Positions 9,505-19,432 of a stretch of DNA of 64,000 bases are shown here, piece after piece (positions within the stretch are counted from its first letter, which is position 1; the number at the start of each line of letters is the position of its first letter). The translations under genes and the position numbers were made by a program. Below the pieces are notes generated by a model. The model was not told the DNA's origin. It did not search any database and was given only the letters and a program-made list of their open reading frames with translations. This DNA is from a virus: positions 3,627 through 67,626 of IMG/VR virus record IMGVR_UViG_3300026521_000151; one strand, given 5' to 3'.

Positions 9505-11264
9505 AGGGCTGAAAAATCAGAGTAAGCAACTAAATAACCTTTCGGTGCTATCTGTGTTTTTTTAAAATCTTTTCCATAACCTGATGTTGCTGGGGTATTT
9601 TGAAAATTTATCTGACCTGAACTTGATAACCTACCAGAAACTACTTTTGCTGTATTAAAATTTGATACTATTCTTTTATTTCCATCAATATCATCTAAAA
9701 CTATTTTAGGGATTTTATCTGTAAATGATGTAATAACTGTCTTAACTTTTGCTATTTCTAATAAATCATATACAATTTGATATTCTTCACTATCTTCACC
9801 AACCTCTTTCAATAAATTCTCTAAAACTTCTTTTCCTGTTGCTTCACTACCACTTTTAGTTTTTTCTAAAACAGGTAACCCTAAAACATCGTATAACAAT
9901 ACTCTTACTTGATTGCTTGACTTTGGGTTAAAATCTAACTTAATATCATCTATTGTTAGTTGTTTAGTTTTTAATTTAGCATTTCTTTTTATCATTTCTC
10001 TTTCTTTTAATATATAAGTAGTTTCTTTTACTGCTTCCCTATCTCTTAAATCGTCTAATGCTTTATTGTAAGTTTCTTTTAATTTATCATTTAATTCATT
10101 CATTTTACCAATATCAAAAACTACACCTTGTAATTCTACTTTTAATAATGATAATAAAGCAGGTTTATATATATTAAAATAAATATCTTCTTGGTTTTCT
10201 TCAAGCAATAAATTAGAAAGCTTATTATATAAGTAATAAGTCCCTATTGTATCTAACCCATTATACTTACCTGTGTCTTCATAATTAGTATTTATTAAAT
10301 TACTTTGGTCTATATCATCATCATAATTCCCAAGAAAATCATAAACTAATTTTTTAAGCCCTAATTCAGGTCTATCTACTGAGTTATAACATAAATAAGC
10401 CATTTGTAATGTGTCTTCATAGCCTTTAAAATAGTTAGCACCTTTTATAGCTCCTTTAACATCACCTAAACCTTGCATCCAATATCTATACACAAAAAAC
10501 TTTAAGTCAAATTTACCATTATGTAAAATAAATCTACCTTTATAATTTTCAAAAAATGATTTCACTAATTTATTTAATTTTTGGTAATCATCTGAATAAA
10601 CTTTATGTAAAGGTATAACAACTGCTGATTTATCATCTTCACTGAATGATACAGTTAATAACTCATCTTCCCAAAAATTAAGTCCCGTTGTTTCAATATC
10701 CATAGCTAATAAATCTTTATTTATAAGTTTTTTTAACTCATTTTTTGCTTCTTCATAAGTATTACATAATTTAATATCAAATGTTTTAAAAAGTTCCTCT
10801 TTGTTATCTCTATACATTCCTTGATACAAGGCTTTTAAAAGTCCTAACCCTTTATTTAGTAACTCTTTCTTATTTGGTTGAAAAGATAATACTTGATAAT
10901 TTACAATAGGTAGAATTTTCAAACCATCTTTTTCTCTCAAACTTCCAATTTCTCTTTCAAAAGCAGGTTTCTTTTTTTCTTCTAAAATAAACTTATAATA
11001 ATCTGTATTAGCAACCATAATTTTATCTATTCCGTAAGTTTCAACTAACTCATATACTGCTTCTAACTCTTCCATTGCTATACTTTTTTTTAAGCTTCCT
11101 TTTTCGGGGGTAAATACACCTACTACTAAAACTCTACCTCTAAACTCACCTAAGGGGGTTATATAGTTATTTAATACGGCTGGTAAACTATTTGTAGCTT
11201 TCTCAGGTAAGATTAGCAATGTATCTATATTTTCACTGTTTTTATTTATTGATAATAATCTCAT
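9505..11264 (-). CDS. polA: Family A DNA polymerase, exon 1 (N-terminal domain, 3'-5' exonuclease, start of polymerase domain)
   Basis: Exonuclease motifs DIETTG, HNGKFD, YNGLD; SGRLSS..NFQN; ends in motif A SDFSA(L). Confidence 0.9.
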
Positions 11265-11557
11265 TTTATTTCCTTTTGTTCTAATAAATCTAATTTTATA
11301 TATTTATTGTCATTATCTAAGTAACCTACAATCTCTTGTTCTACAATAAAACCATAAAAGTCTTTATACTCTTTAATCATTCTCTCTGCTAATTGTTGAT
11401 TACATTCTTGATACGTTTTAGTTCTGTGGTCCTTTATATACCATTTACCCTCATATAAAGGTCTATCACTGAACTTATAAAAATACCTTAAACTTATATT
11501 TCCAAATAACTCTACCTTACGGTACCATTGTAAATTCCTGTGCAATTTCATTATCAT
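11261..11557 (-). CDS. Hypothetical protein
   Basis: 98-aa ORF overlapping the pol start (ATGA coupling). Confidence 0.55.
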   Translation of the reverse strand: MIMKLHRNLQWYRKVELFGNISLRYFYKFSDRPLYEGKWYIKDHRTKTYQECNQQLAERMIKEYKDFYGFIVEQEIVGYLDNDNKYIKLDLLEQKEIK

Positions 11558-11564
11558 CCTTCTT

Positions 11565-11867
11565 TTAAAATATAATAGCTAATGTAATATCATAATCTTT
11601 ATTTTCTGTATTAGCATAAACACCTATCCTACCTGTACACACACAATCTGCTTTATCTAAGATTATATTGACTACCAAATGTACTAACAAATCTATAACG
11701 TTATTATAAGTTATATCCTTTATTGCCCAACTCCAAGAATTCACCCTACTCAATGTAAGAAAGGCACTAATAAAATCATCGTGCTCCTTTACTAATATAT
11801 CTGTTATTTTACTTTCTAACTTACCCTTCCTCATCCACTTTTGAACTGTACCATAGTTTAAATACAT
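11565..11867 (-). CDS. Hypothetical protein
   Basis: 100-aa ORF with AAGGAG RBS. Confidence 0.55.
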   Translation of the reverse strand: MYLNYGTVQKWMRKGKLESKITDILVKEHDDFISAFLTLSRVNSWSWAIKDITYNNVIDLLVHLVVNIILDKADCVCTGRIGVYANTENKDYDITLAIIF

Positions 11868-11969
11868 TTATTCTCCTTTTTGTAATTATACCTTATTGGT
11901 TTAATAATGTTTGACATCGTATGTAATTTAGTGTAATACTTACACCTTTAAGCTAAAAGAAAAGAGAAA

Positions 11970-12815
11970 CTATTTAAGTTTCCCCTCTGTTAATTCTTTC
12001 ATTTTCTCTGCTAACTCTCTTGTAGGCTCTTGTGTAGCTTTCTCTAATCTTAAATCAAAGAAAGTTTCTAATTGTTTTTTAGGAAATAGTTGCCAAATCG
12101 TTGTGTATAAAGCAACAGGTAACACTACTCTTGCGTCTTCTGGTTTCCACCCTTGTGCTAATAATAAATTATATTTATCAAGGTGTGAGCTATAATCAAT
12201 AGGTTCCTTATTAGAGAATTGATAAAATTCAAAATTACCTTTTGTGTATCTCCTGCTAAGTTCGTTTGCAACTACTCTGTGTCTAATAGTATGTCTAACT
12301 ACAAAAATAGGAACTTTATACCTAAAACAAAATGTATTCTCAAAAATCATTTTAAAATCTTGCTCTGATTTATTAAACCAACCTGAAATATCTTTGTTAA
12401 AATACTTAATACTCATAAAATTATCATTTAATAGAGCTCGTAAATTAGTAATAATATAAGGTTTTTTATCTTGTCCTACTACAACCTCACTATATTTCAA
12501 ACAATGAGGTTGATATGGTTGTGTAGTTTTGTTATAAACTACACTTGCTAACTCTTGTAAGTAATTCATTTCTAATTGACCTAGCACCACAGGAATAAAC
12601 TCAAATGACGTGTTAGGTCTTGAAGCATTCTCTTTCATTAGTCTATGGTAAAGTTTTTCAGGGTTCTTACTCTCATCTTTACCAAAACTGATTGATGCAA
12701 TCCTCGTAACAACATCAATTCTGTTATCTTCACTTTTATTAGCTTGTGAATTATCCCATAACTCTACAAACCCTATATTATCATTATACAAAGCTATTTT
12801 ACCTAAAAGTTTCAT
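11970..12815 (-). CDS. thyX: Flavin-dependent thymidylate synthase
   Basis: PIFVVRHTIRHRVVANELSRRY signature; PEDARVVLP; FFDLRL. Confidence 0.9.
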   Translation of the reverse strand: MKLLGKIALYNDNIGFVELWDNSQANKSEDNRIDVVTRIASISFGKDESKNPEKLYHRLMKENASRPNTSFEFIPVVLGQLEMNYLQELASVVYNKTTQPYQPHCLKYSEVVVGQDKKPYIITNLRALLNDNFMSIKYFNKDISGWFNKSEQDFKMIFENTFCFRYKVPIFVVRHTIRHRVVANELSRRYTKGNFEFYQFSNKEPIDYSSHLDKYNLLLAQGWKPEDARVVLPVALYTTIWQLFPKKQLETFFDLRLEKATQEPTRELAEKMKELTEGKLK

Positions 12816-13021
12816 TATAACTCCTTAATCTTATTTAATTTATCTACCAGTATATCTATATCGAAATCCTCAGCTAATCTATTAAGAATACTATCTAAGG
12901 GTAACTCTGTAAGTATATCTAATAAATCCTCTTTATGTAATTCTAATGGTATATTTATAGCTACTTTATTACCTCTAACCTCTACTTCCATTGTTTGTTT
13001 ATATTCTGTTCTTATATCCAT
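12815..13021 (-). CDS. Hypothetical acidic protein
   Basis: 68-aa ORF coupled to thyX; AAGGA RBS. Confidence 0.55.
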   Translation of the reverse strand: MDIRTEYKQTMEVEVRGNKVAINIPLELHKEDLLDILTELPLDSILNRLAEDFDIDILVDKLNKIKEL

Positions 13022-13031
13022 AATTTATCCT

Positions 13032-13322
13032 TTATAGTACCACAACTTTATCATTATAAAAATATAATGGTTGTATTCCTTTTTCTCTTAAAGCTAACTC
13101 TAAATGACTTACTAAAAATAAATCACAATCTATCACACATTTAGTACACTTAGCTTTCACTACTAATTCAGCAAGTCTGTATGCTACTCTTCTCAAATCA
13201 TCTCTATTAGGTTTATCAGTAAATATCAGTAAATTGTTAACCTCTTCAATGTTTGTTGGATTATACACAAACGCCTCATTAATTTGTCTTAACTTTGTAT
13301 TCTTTGTTAAGTTAAATATCAT
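13032..13322 (-). CDS. Small Rossmann-like phage protein (possible Csx15/Csx20-like fold)
   Basis: MIFNLT..., LLIFTDKP, CVIDCDLFLVSHLELALREKGIQPLYF pattern; own promoter and RBS. Confidence 0.35.
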   Translation of the reverse strand: MIFNLTKNTKLRQINEAFVYNPTNIEEVNNLLIFTDKPNRDDLRRVAYRLAELVVKAKCTKCVIDCDLFLVSHLELALREKGIQPLYFYNDKVVVL

Positions 13323-13362
13323 AATTTCTCCTTTCTTACTTAGAATTATATCATTTTTAAAC

Positions 13363-13983
13363 TTAAAGTTTCCTTAAATTAATTAAATTTTTAAGTTTTT
13401 CTTTATGTGTTATATTATTTTCTTGACCTTTTATAATAAAATCATACAATTTTAAATCATTTTTATAAAAAATTAAAGCAAATTGGTTTATATTATAAGT
13501 TTTCTTTATATAGTGTACAATGTATTCTATTGTTTGCTTACTTCTATTGTCTAATTTATATACAAAATTATAGTATGTATTTGTATAATCTATAACCACA
13601 CCTATAAAATCCTTAGTTATTTTTGGTAATTTTATAGGAAGTTGTATATTTAAAGTAGTTTCAATAGTGTTATACCTGTATTTAGCTACTAAAACCTTTT
13701 TCAATATAAATTGATAAGCTTTGAATGATTGAAAATCTTGTAATTTTAAGAAATTTATCATTTTTTCTTTGGGTATATTACCACTATTTAACTCGTGAAG
13801 TAATACTTTAAATTCTTTTATTGTATTCTTAAAAGCTAACTTCTTAGGTGTAGCAACTATTAAATTAAACTTTTTATAGTTAGGATTCACACATAAGTAA
13901 ATCAACTCCTGGCTAATACTACAATCTTTTAATTTTATCTTATTTTCACATAGATTATTAAATTCTATAATACTCTTTACCAT
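13363..13983 (-). CDS. Hypothetical protein
   Basis: 206-aa ORF with AAAGGA RBS, downstream of R1/R2 elements. Confidence 0.6.
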   Translation of the reverse strand: MVKSIIEFNNLCENKIKLKDCSISQELIYLCVNPNYKKFNLIVATPKKLAFKNTIKEFKVLLHELNSGNIPKEKMINFLKLQDFQSFKAYQFILKKVLVAKYRYNTIETTLNIQLPIKLPKITKDFIGVVIDYTNTYYNFVYKLDNRSKQTIEYIVHYIKKTYNINQFALIFYKNDLKLYDFIIKGQENNITHKEKLKNLINLRKL

Positions 13984-14000
13984 TATTAATCCTTTATATC

Positions 14001-14094
14001 ATACATAGCTCTATAAGGCTTATACTTTGCTTCTAAGCAACTTTATTAAGTTTTAGGTGTATTTGTATATCTAAGTATAAAAAGTTGCTTAGAA
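14001..14094. repeat. Dispersed element R2, copy 1
   Basis: ATACATAGCTCTATAAGGCT..TACTTTGCTTCTAAGCAACTTT...AAAGTTGCTTAGAA with internal inverted arms. Confidence 0.85.
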
Positions 14095-14140
14095 TGCTTT
14101 ATTTAATAACATTCATTGTGTATAAACTAAAATAACCTAT

Positions 14141-14251
14141 AAAATTCAATGTCATTAAAATTAGTATAAAAATATAAAATCCCTAAATTAAGGTAAATAC
14201 CCTATGGGAAATTTTATATAATAAATATATACTAATAATAAAGTTATTTTA
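14141..14251 (-). repeat. Dispersed palindromic element R1, copy A
   Basis: Core CCCTAAATTAAGG..ATACCCTATGGGAAATTTTATATAATAAATATATACTA..ATAAAGTTATTTT; overlaps the stop codon of 14249..14479. Confidence 0.92.
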
Positions 14252-14479
14252 TAGCTCTTGTAAGTCTTTATATAATTTTATTTTACTACTAACTGTTTGG
14301 TGTAAAGTATGTCTTAACTCTTTTATAACTGTACTCTTAGCTTCTACCTTTACCTGTAAATCTTTAATAGTTTGTCTAAGTAGTAGTAAATCATTCACAG
14401 TAATACTAACTTTATCCTCACCTTTTAATTCATAACTTGCTTTGTTTATTTGTTGTAATAAAAAATCTATTCTTTTCAT
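14249..14479 (-). CDS. Hypothetical coiled-coil protein
   Basis: 76 aa with RBS; stop codon lies at the R1 boundary. Confidence 0.55.
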   Translation of the reverse strand: MKRIDFLLQQINKASYELKGEDKVSITVNDLLLLRQTIKDLQVKVEAKSTVIKELRHTLHQTVSSKIKLYKDLQEL

Positions 14480-14638
14480 TTTATATCCTTATAATTCTTG
14501 TGGATTGTCTATACACCATTTTATCATTTTGAAATTCATAATCTATGTTAGCCTCAAAAGACTCTCTATCATCTTTTAAATTTAATACTTCTAAAACTAC
14601 TATATTGTCATATTCATTTATTACTGTAACTTTAAACA

Positions 14639-14947
14639 TTATACATCCTTTACTAATTTATTTATTAATTGTTTTCTTTTATTTCTGTACTCTCTCATAT
14701 ATTTCCTTCTCTTTTCTTTATTATAGTTAGCTTTTTTGTACTCATTATTTTGCTCTAAAAATAAATCATAACTGTTAGGCTTTACAATAAATCTGATAGT
14801 CGACTTAGACACCTTGTATATTTCTTTTAAATCATTATAACTATAAAGCCCCGACGCATACAATTCTTTTATTTTTTGTTTGTCTTCATCACTTAGTTTT
14901 TTTCGCCTATCTACCCCTAAGTTTGATAAATTAACTTGTTTTATCAT
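14639..14947 (-). CDS. Putative HTH DNA-binding protein
   Basis: KLSDEDKQKIKELYASGLYSYNDLKEIYKVSKSTIRFIV; start re-called at the ATG after AGGAG. Confidence 0.6.
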   Translation of the reverse strand: MIKQVNLSNLGVDRRKKLSDEDKQKIKELYASGLYSYNDLKEIYKVSKSTIRFIVKPNSYDLFLEQNNEYKKANYNKEKRRKYMREYRNKRKQLINKLVKDV

Positions 14948-14959
14948 TATTTTACTCCT

Positions 14960-15069
14960 AAAATTCAATGTCATTAAAATTAGTATAAAAATATAAAATC
15001 CCTAAATTAAGGTAAATACCCTATGGGAAATTTTATATAATAAATATATACTATAATAAAGTTATTTTA
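14960..15069 (-). repeat. R1 copy B
   Basis: Near-identical to copy A; overlaps the stop of 15067..15342. Confidence 0.92.
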
Positions 15070-15342
15070 TTTACTTTTATTACTTAATTGTAATATATTT
15101 ATTTCAACGCTTTTGTATAAATCAATATAACAATTATATAAATTTATTTTTATTAAATTATCATAATCCTTTTGTTGATACACTTCCGCTCTCGTCAGCA
15201 CACAAATACTATCCATACAAAACTTAATATAGTAATGTCTATTATTTTTAATGTGTCCTACCTTATCTATAATTTTATACTCAACCAAACAATTAAACAA
15301 ACTTTCTTTTGTTAAATCGATTAAATTAATCTTACATAACAT
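15067..15342 (-). CDS. Hypothetical protein
   Basis: 91 aa with AGGAGG RBS; lies between R2 and R1. Confidence 0.55.
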   Translation of the reverse strand: MLCKINLIDLTKESLFNCLVEYKIIDKVGHIKNNRHYYIKFCMDSICVLTRAEVYQQKDYDNLIKINLYNCYIDLYKSVEINILQLSNKSK

Positions 15343-15360
15343 ACTACCTCCTTTTAAAGT

Positions 15361-15454
15361 GTTTTAAGCAACTTTATATACTTAGATATACAAATACACC
15401 TAAAACTTAATAAAGTTGCTTAGAAGCAAAGTATGAGCCTTATAGAGCTATATA
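15361..15454. repeat. R2 copy 2 (inverted relative to copy 1)
   Basis: Reverse complement matches 14001-14094; supplies the last codons and stop of the SF2 helicase. Confidence 0.88.
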
Positions 15455-16783
15455 CTTATCAAACTTCACAACTCTCTTACTGTCTTTCTCTTTAACTACT
15501 AATTTATTTATATCATTATACCTTTGTTTACATTGTTTAGTTAATACACCACCAAACATAATGTCAATAAATAAAGGTTTTTGTTTTGTACTATGTTCAC
15601 GTACTAATCTACCTCTAAGCTGTTCTAAGTTTTCTTTTGTAAGTGTAGATAAATTAATAATAGTGTCCAACCTCTCTATTGATACACCTTTATTTAAAAT
15701 AACCCCTGAAATAATAATATCTAATTCCTCATCTCCAAAATTATTTATTATCTCCTCTCTATCACTCTTTTTCACTTTACTATTGATGATACCGACTTTT
15801 AATCCTATGTCTTCTAATAGTAACTTATAGTATTCCATAACGATACTGTAATTAGTGTAAAGTAGAATTTGTCTATTTTCCTTTTTAAGTTGAGTTATTA
15901 GGTTTATAACATATTTACTAAACTCTTCATTGCACACAATGTTTGAGTAAGCATCAGCAAATGAATTACCGTCCCATTTAGTTCTCCACGAGGTCAAATC
16001 TAAAATATCCCATTGTACTTTTAGACCTTTATTTAATCCTACTACTTCATTACTTCCAAATAAATCTCTAAGTAATTCAGTTAAACCATCAGACCTTGTA
16101 GGAGTAGCCGTAACAAATAATTGGTATGCGTGATTCAAATTAGCTAAAACATCTCTATAAGTTTCAGCTCCTAAAATGTGTGCCTCATCTACAATCACAA
16201 ATCCTACAATTTTAGATAATTCTTGTACTATGTCAGCATTCCTATGTAAAAATTGAAATGTAGTAATATAAACGTCTTTTGTTATGTCTAATTTTTTATC
16301 CTTTACAATTTGGTAATTTCCATTTGAGTTATGTTTGAATTCTTTACTCATTTGCTCTACTAAAAACTTTCTATCTACAATAATTAAAGTTTTTTGATTA
16401 ATTTCCTCCACAATAAAAGGTAAAATAAAACTTTTACCGAAACCACAAGGAGCTACTAATAAACAATCGCCTTTGTTTTTTAAATTTTCAATAACTTTGT
16501 TTACTGCTATTTCTTGGTTAGGTCTAAGTTTCAAGTTATCTGACTTCCTAAAATTAGTTAGATTATTTTTAGTTGTTTTGTCTATTATTTTTAAACTACC
16601 TAAAACATTTTTTAATTTATCTATATCTCTCGGGAATTTAATATAATCTTTACCTACTTTTGTGGAGGTCACTATTTTGTAATCAAAATTACTACCTTGC
16701 CTATAAGAATACTTTTTAATAGCTTCTAAACTATTCTTAGTTTTTGGTACAATATAAAACCCTGATTTTATTACCTCTATCAT
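15440..16783 (-). CDS. Superfamily 2 DNA helicase (UvsW/T5 D10-like)
   Basis: LRPNQ, APCGFGKS, VDEAH, TATPTRSDG, QLRGRLVR. Confidence 0.9.
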   Translation of the reverse strand: MIEVIKSGFYIVPKTKNSLEAIKKYSYRQGSNFDYKIVTSTKVGKDYIKFPRDIDKLKNVLGSLKIIDKTTKNNLTNFRKSDNLKLRPNQEIAVNKVIENLKNKGDCLLVAPCGFGKSFILPFIVEEINQKTLIIVDRKFLVEQMSKEFKHNSNGNYQIVKDKKLDITKDVYITTFQFLHRNADIVQELSKIVGFVIVDEAHILGAETYRDVLANLNHAYQLFVTATPTRSDGLTELLRDLFGSNEVVGLNKGLKVQWDILDLTSWRTKWDGNSFADAYSNIVCNEEFSKYVINLITQLKKENRQILLYTNYSIVMEYYKLLLEDIGLKVGIINSKVKKSDREEIINNFGDEELDIIISGVILNKGVSIERLDTIINLSTLTKENLEQLRGRLVREHSTKQKPLFIDIMFGGVLTKQCKQRYNDINKLVVKEKDSKRVVKFDKYIAL

Positions 16784-17049
16784 TTTGCACCTCCTTTGTA
16801 ATAATTCACTAAATTAACTAAGTCTTCAATCTCTAAGTCTAAATCTTGTAAAGTGACTGTTATATACCCTAAGGTAGTCCAATCATAATCCTCACAACCT
16901 TTATACACATAAGGTCTATTTGTGCCAAATTCTATTTCTACTCTATCTATTATGTTATCCACCATATACTCTAATATCTCTAAGACATAATCAGATAAAG
17001 CTATTGCAAAAGCCTCTTCTATGTCGTGTGCTTCTATTGTTAAACTCAT
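16780..17049 (-). CDS. Hypothetical acidic protein
   Basis: Start re-called at MSLTIE after the AAAAGGA RBS at the end of R1 copy C. Confidence 0.55.
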   Translation of the reverse strand: MSLTIEAHDIEEAFAIALSDYVLEILEYMVDNIIDRVEIEFGTNRPYVYKGCEDYDWTTLGYITVTLQDLDLEIEDLVNLVNYYKGGAK

Positions 17050-17054
17050 TTTAT

Positions 17055-17189
17055 AATCCTTTTTCTTATGTATTTTTAATGTCATTATTTTACACCTATT
17101 TTTATAAAATCCCTAAATTAAGGATAATACCCTATGGGAAATTTTATATAATAAATATATACTAATAATAAAGTTATTTTTAACTATCT
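17055..17189 (-). repeat. R1 copy C (with RBS tail)
   Basis: R1 core plus ATACATAAGAAAAAGGA tail shared with copies D and E. Confidence 0.92.
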
Positions 17190-17367
17190 AAATCAAATCT
17201 ATTTTCGTTTAAAATATCACATATTTTCTGTGCATCTTTTTCTGTTTTAAAATAAACTCTATCAGGAAAATAAAAATAATCTGTTATACTTGTTATCCAT
17301 TGTTCATTGTTTTCTTCTACAAAAATCTTTTTTAAAACCAAACAATTCTATCTAATGTATCACTCAT
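17180..17367 (-). pseudogene. Probable gene remnant
   Basis: RBS+ATG gives only 11 codons; another frame reads KKIFVEENNEQWITSITDYFYFPDRVYFKTEKDAQKICDILNENRFDLDS* into R1. Confidence 0.4.
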
Positions 17368-17379
17368 TTATTTATCCTT

Positions 17380-17682
17380 TTATTTATGTAATTGTTTTAA
17401 ACTAAAACAATTACATCCGAAATAATCTGAAACTTTTGGATAATAATCTTCATATTCTTCTATTTCTGTATTATATATTTGTTGTGTTAAACAATTACTA
17501 ACACATTCTTCTCCGTTATAGTATATACAGTTTTTACATATTCTATTTTCAAAATCATCATATATTTTATTTATTAAAAATCTTACATCAGTTGTTTTCA
17601 CTACTTTTTCAGTTACTGCTTTGTCATCATCTTCATATCTTGTTACTTTAAAATTTAAAGCTTTTTCTCTTGTTAATTCCAT
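17380..17682 (-). CDS. Hypothetical Cys-rich protein
   Basis: 100 aa; CKNCIYY...C...FGCNCF. Confidence 0.6.
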   Translation of the reverse strand: MELTREKALNFKVTRYEDDDKAVTEKVVKTTDVRFLINKIYDDFENRICKNCIYYNGEECVSNCLTQQIYNTEIEEYEDYYPKVSDYFGCNCFSLKQLHK

Positions 17683-17997
17683 TTTACACCTCTTTTTATA
17701 CGACTAATAAGACTTGGATTAACTCCAAATTTTATAGCTAGATCTTTATTCTTATAACAGTTTTTAACATATTTTTTAGCTCTTTAACTTTTCTTCATTT
17801 AATCTTGCTCTATTATGGTTTTCTCTTTTTAAGTTTCTTAATCCTTACTCATTACAAGCTTTTCTACAATTTTCACCCCTTGTTGTATACTCTAAATTTT
17901 CTGCATTATTATTTCTTGCTACTTCATTATCAATTAGTATTAACTCTTTATAAGATCCTGATAATTCAAATCTTATTTTAAGCTCTTCTATATCCAT
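17673..17997 (-). pseudogene. Decayed HNH endonuclease with C-terminal HTH
   Basis: NNNAENLEYTTRGEN, then in-frame TAA (17845-17847), ENHNRARLNEEK, two 1-nt deletions in A tracts, then LAIKFGVNPSLISRIKRGVKW. Confidence 0.7.
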
Positions 17998-18033
17998 TAA
18001 ATGATAAGAAGTATTTTTGCATTTCTTCTAATT

Positions 18034-18243
18034 TTATTTGTTTTTCTTTTCAATAACAAAATAAATAGTTATGTCCTTACAGTTAGAGTCAATTTGTAAA
18101 ATATTGATTTGATCTATTTCATCCTTATAAGGAAACCATACATCATTTAGTAACAAATATCTTAACCTTGATATATAAAAATTTCCAACATTTTCTATTG
18201 TATGTTCAATAATTTTTCCGTGATTATACCCAAATACTCTCAT
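18034..18243 (-). CDS. Hypothetical protein
   Basis: 69 aa with AAGGAG RBS. Confidence 0.5.
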   Translation of the reverse strand: MRVFGYNHGKIIEHTIENVGNFYISRLRYLLLNDVWFPYKDEIDQINILQIDSNCKDITIYFVIEKKNK

Positions 18244-18315
18244 TTTAAGCTCCTTTTGTAGTTTATGTATATTTTATAATTATATTTGCTATCTTACCTC
18301 TAAGCATACTTTATG

Positions 18316-18633
18316 TTAAATTGTACTAACTATGTCATCAATTACTAAATCCGGACGACTTAATAAGATTTTAACTAAATCCCACGAATCTTTTAACTCT
18401 TCATACTTTAACTTAGAATTAATGTACTCTAAATGACTTGATTTTAGTACATTATTACTTTGGTAAAACTCTCCTAATACTTTATCTTTTGCTGTTCTAT
18501 CTTTTGGATTATCTTTTTTCCACTCATTATATAACTTAGTTTCTAAGTGTTCTAAATCAACTTTATTACTTATATACTCAAATCTTGCTACTGCTAAACT
18601 ACCTTTTAACTCTTTAATTTTATTTAAACTCAT
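18316..18633 (-). CDS. Helical hypothetical protein (weakly UvsY-like)
   Basis: 105-aa all-helical pattern; weak recognition only. Confidence 0.35.
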   Translation of the reverse strand: MSLNKIKELKGSLAVARFEYISNKVDLEHLETKLYNEWKKDNPKDRTAKDKVLGEFYQSNNVLKSSHLEYINSKLKYEELKDSWDLVKILLSRPDLVIDDIVSTI

Positions 18634-18827
18634 TTTTGATCCTTTTTGTTTTGTTTATTTTGTGCTTTTATTTTAGTAAATTTTTTCTCTAAGTGTAGTA
18701 ACACCCGCTCATTATCTTCTACATAACCTGAACCTAAATCATAAAGCTCAGTTAAACAAGCATCACTGAACTCTAATAACTCTTCAACTACTCTAATTAA
18801 TTTTTTATTTTGTTTTTCTAATTTCAT
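18630..18827 (-). CDS. Hypothetical protein
   Basis: 65 aa; RBS supplied by the tail of R1 copy D. Confidence 0.5.
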   Translation of the reverse strand: MKLEKQNKKLIRVVEELLEFSDACLTELYDLGSGYVEDNERVLLHLEKKFTKIKAQNKQNKKDQK

Positions 18828-18832
18828 TTTTT

Positions 18833-18985
18833 AATCCTTTTTCTTATGTATTTTTAATGTCATTATTTTACACCTATTTTTATAAAACCCCTAAATTAAG
18901 GATAATACCCTATGGGAAATTTTATATAATAAATATATACTAATAATAAAGTTATTTTATGTTTATTTAATTATCATTTATATTG
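18833..18985 (-). repeat. R1 copy D (with flank shared with copy F)
   Basis: R1 core; 18857-18985 matches the reverse complement of 34935-35064. Confidence 0.92.
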
Positions 18986-19092
18986 TTTAGTACAACATAA
19001 TCAACCCTAAACCGTTGTTCTTTAAACAACCACTTACTGTCAGTTCTTAGTTGAGCTTCAAATTCTACATATTCCTACGATAACAGCTCTTT
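18986..19092 (-). pseudogene. Internally deleted duplicate of gene 19575..19997
   Basis: Three collinear pieces match about 19612-19660, 19838-19859 and 19950-19980. Confidence 0.75.
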
Positions 19093-19211
19093 TTATAATT
19101 TTACTTTACCTTACTATTATACATAGCTCTATAAGGCTCATACTTTGCTTCTAAGCAACTTTATTAAGTTTTATAAGCAAACATACTATAAGCCTTTTAA
19201 AGTTGCTTAAA
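19089..19211. repeat. R2 copy 3
   Basis: About 120 bp identical to 20007-20129. Confidence 0.9.
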
Positions 19212-19213
19212 AC

Positions 19214-19429
19214 TCAATAGGGTTGTCTTATAGGGCTATTACCTTTTGTTTTATCAATTATTTTATTTAGTGATATTGTGTACTCCACGTCTACACTACT
19301 TCCGTCTTTAAAAATATACCTAATTATTTTATGTTTCTGCTCTTCTTTTAAGTAAATAGTATCTAAAACCTCACTAAAATACTCACTAACATTTTCAGCT
19401 TTTATTATTTTATCACTTGTATACTTCAT
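19214..19429 (-). CDS. Hypothetical protein
   Basis: 71 aa; lies between R1 copy E and R2 copy 3. Confidence 0.5.
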   Translation of the reverse strand: MKYTSDKIIKAENVSEYFSEVLDTIYLKEEQKHKIIRYIFKDGSSVDVEYTISLNKIIDKTKGNSPIRQPY

Positions 19430-19432
19430 TTT

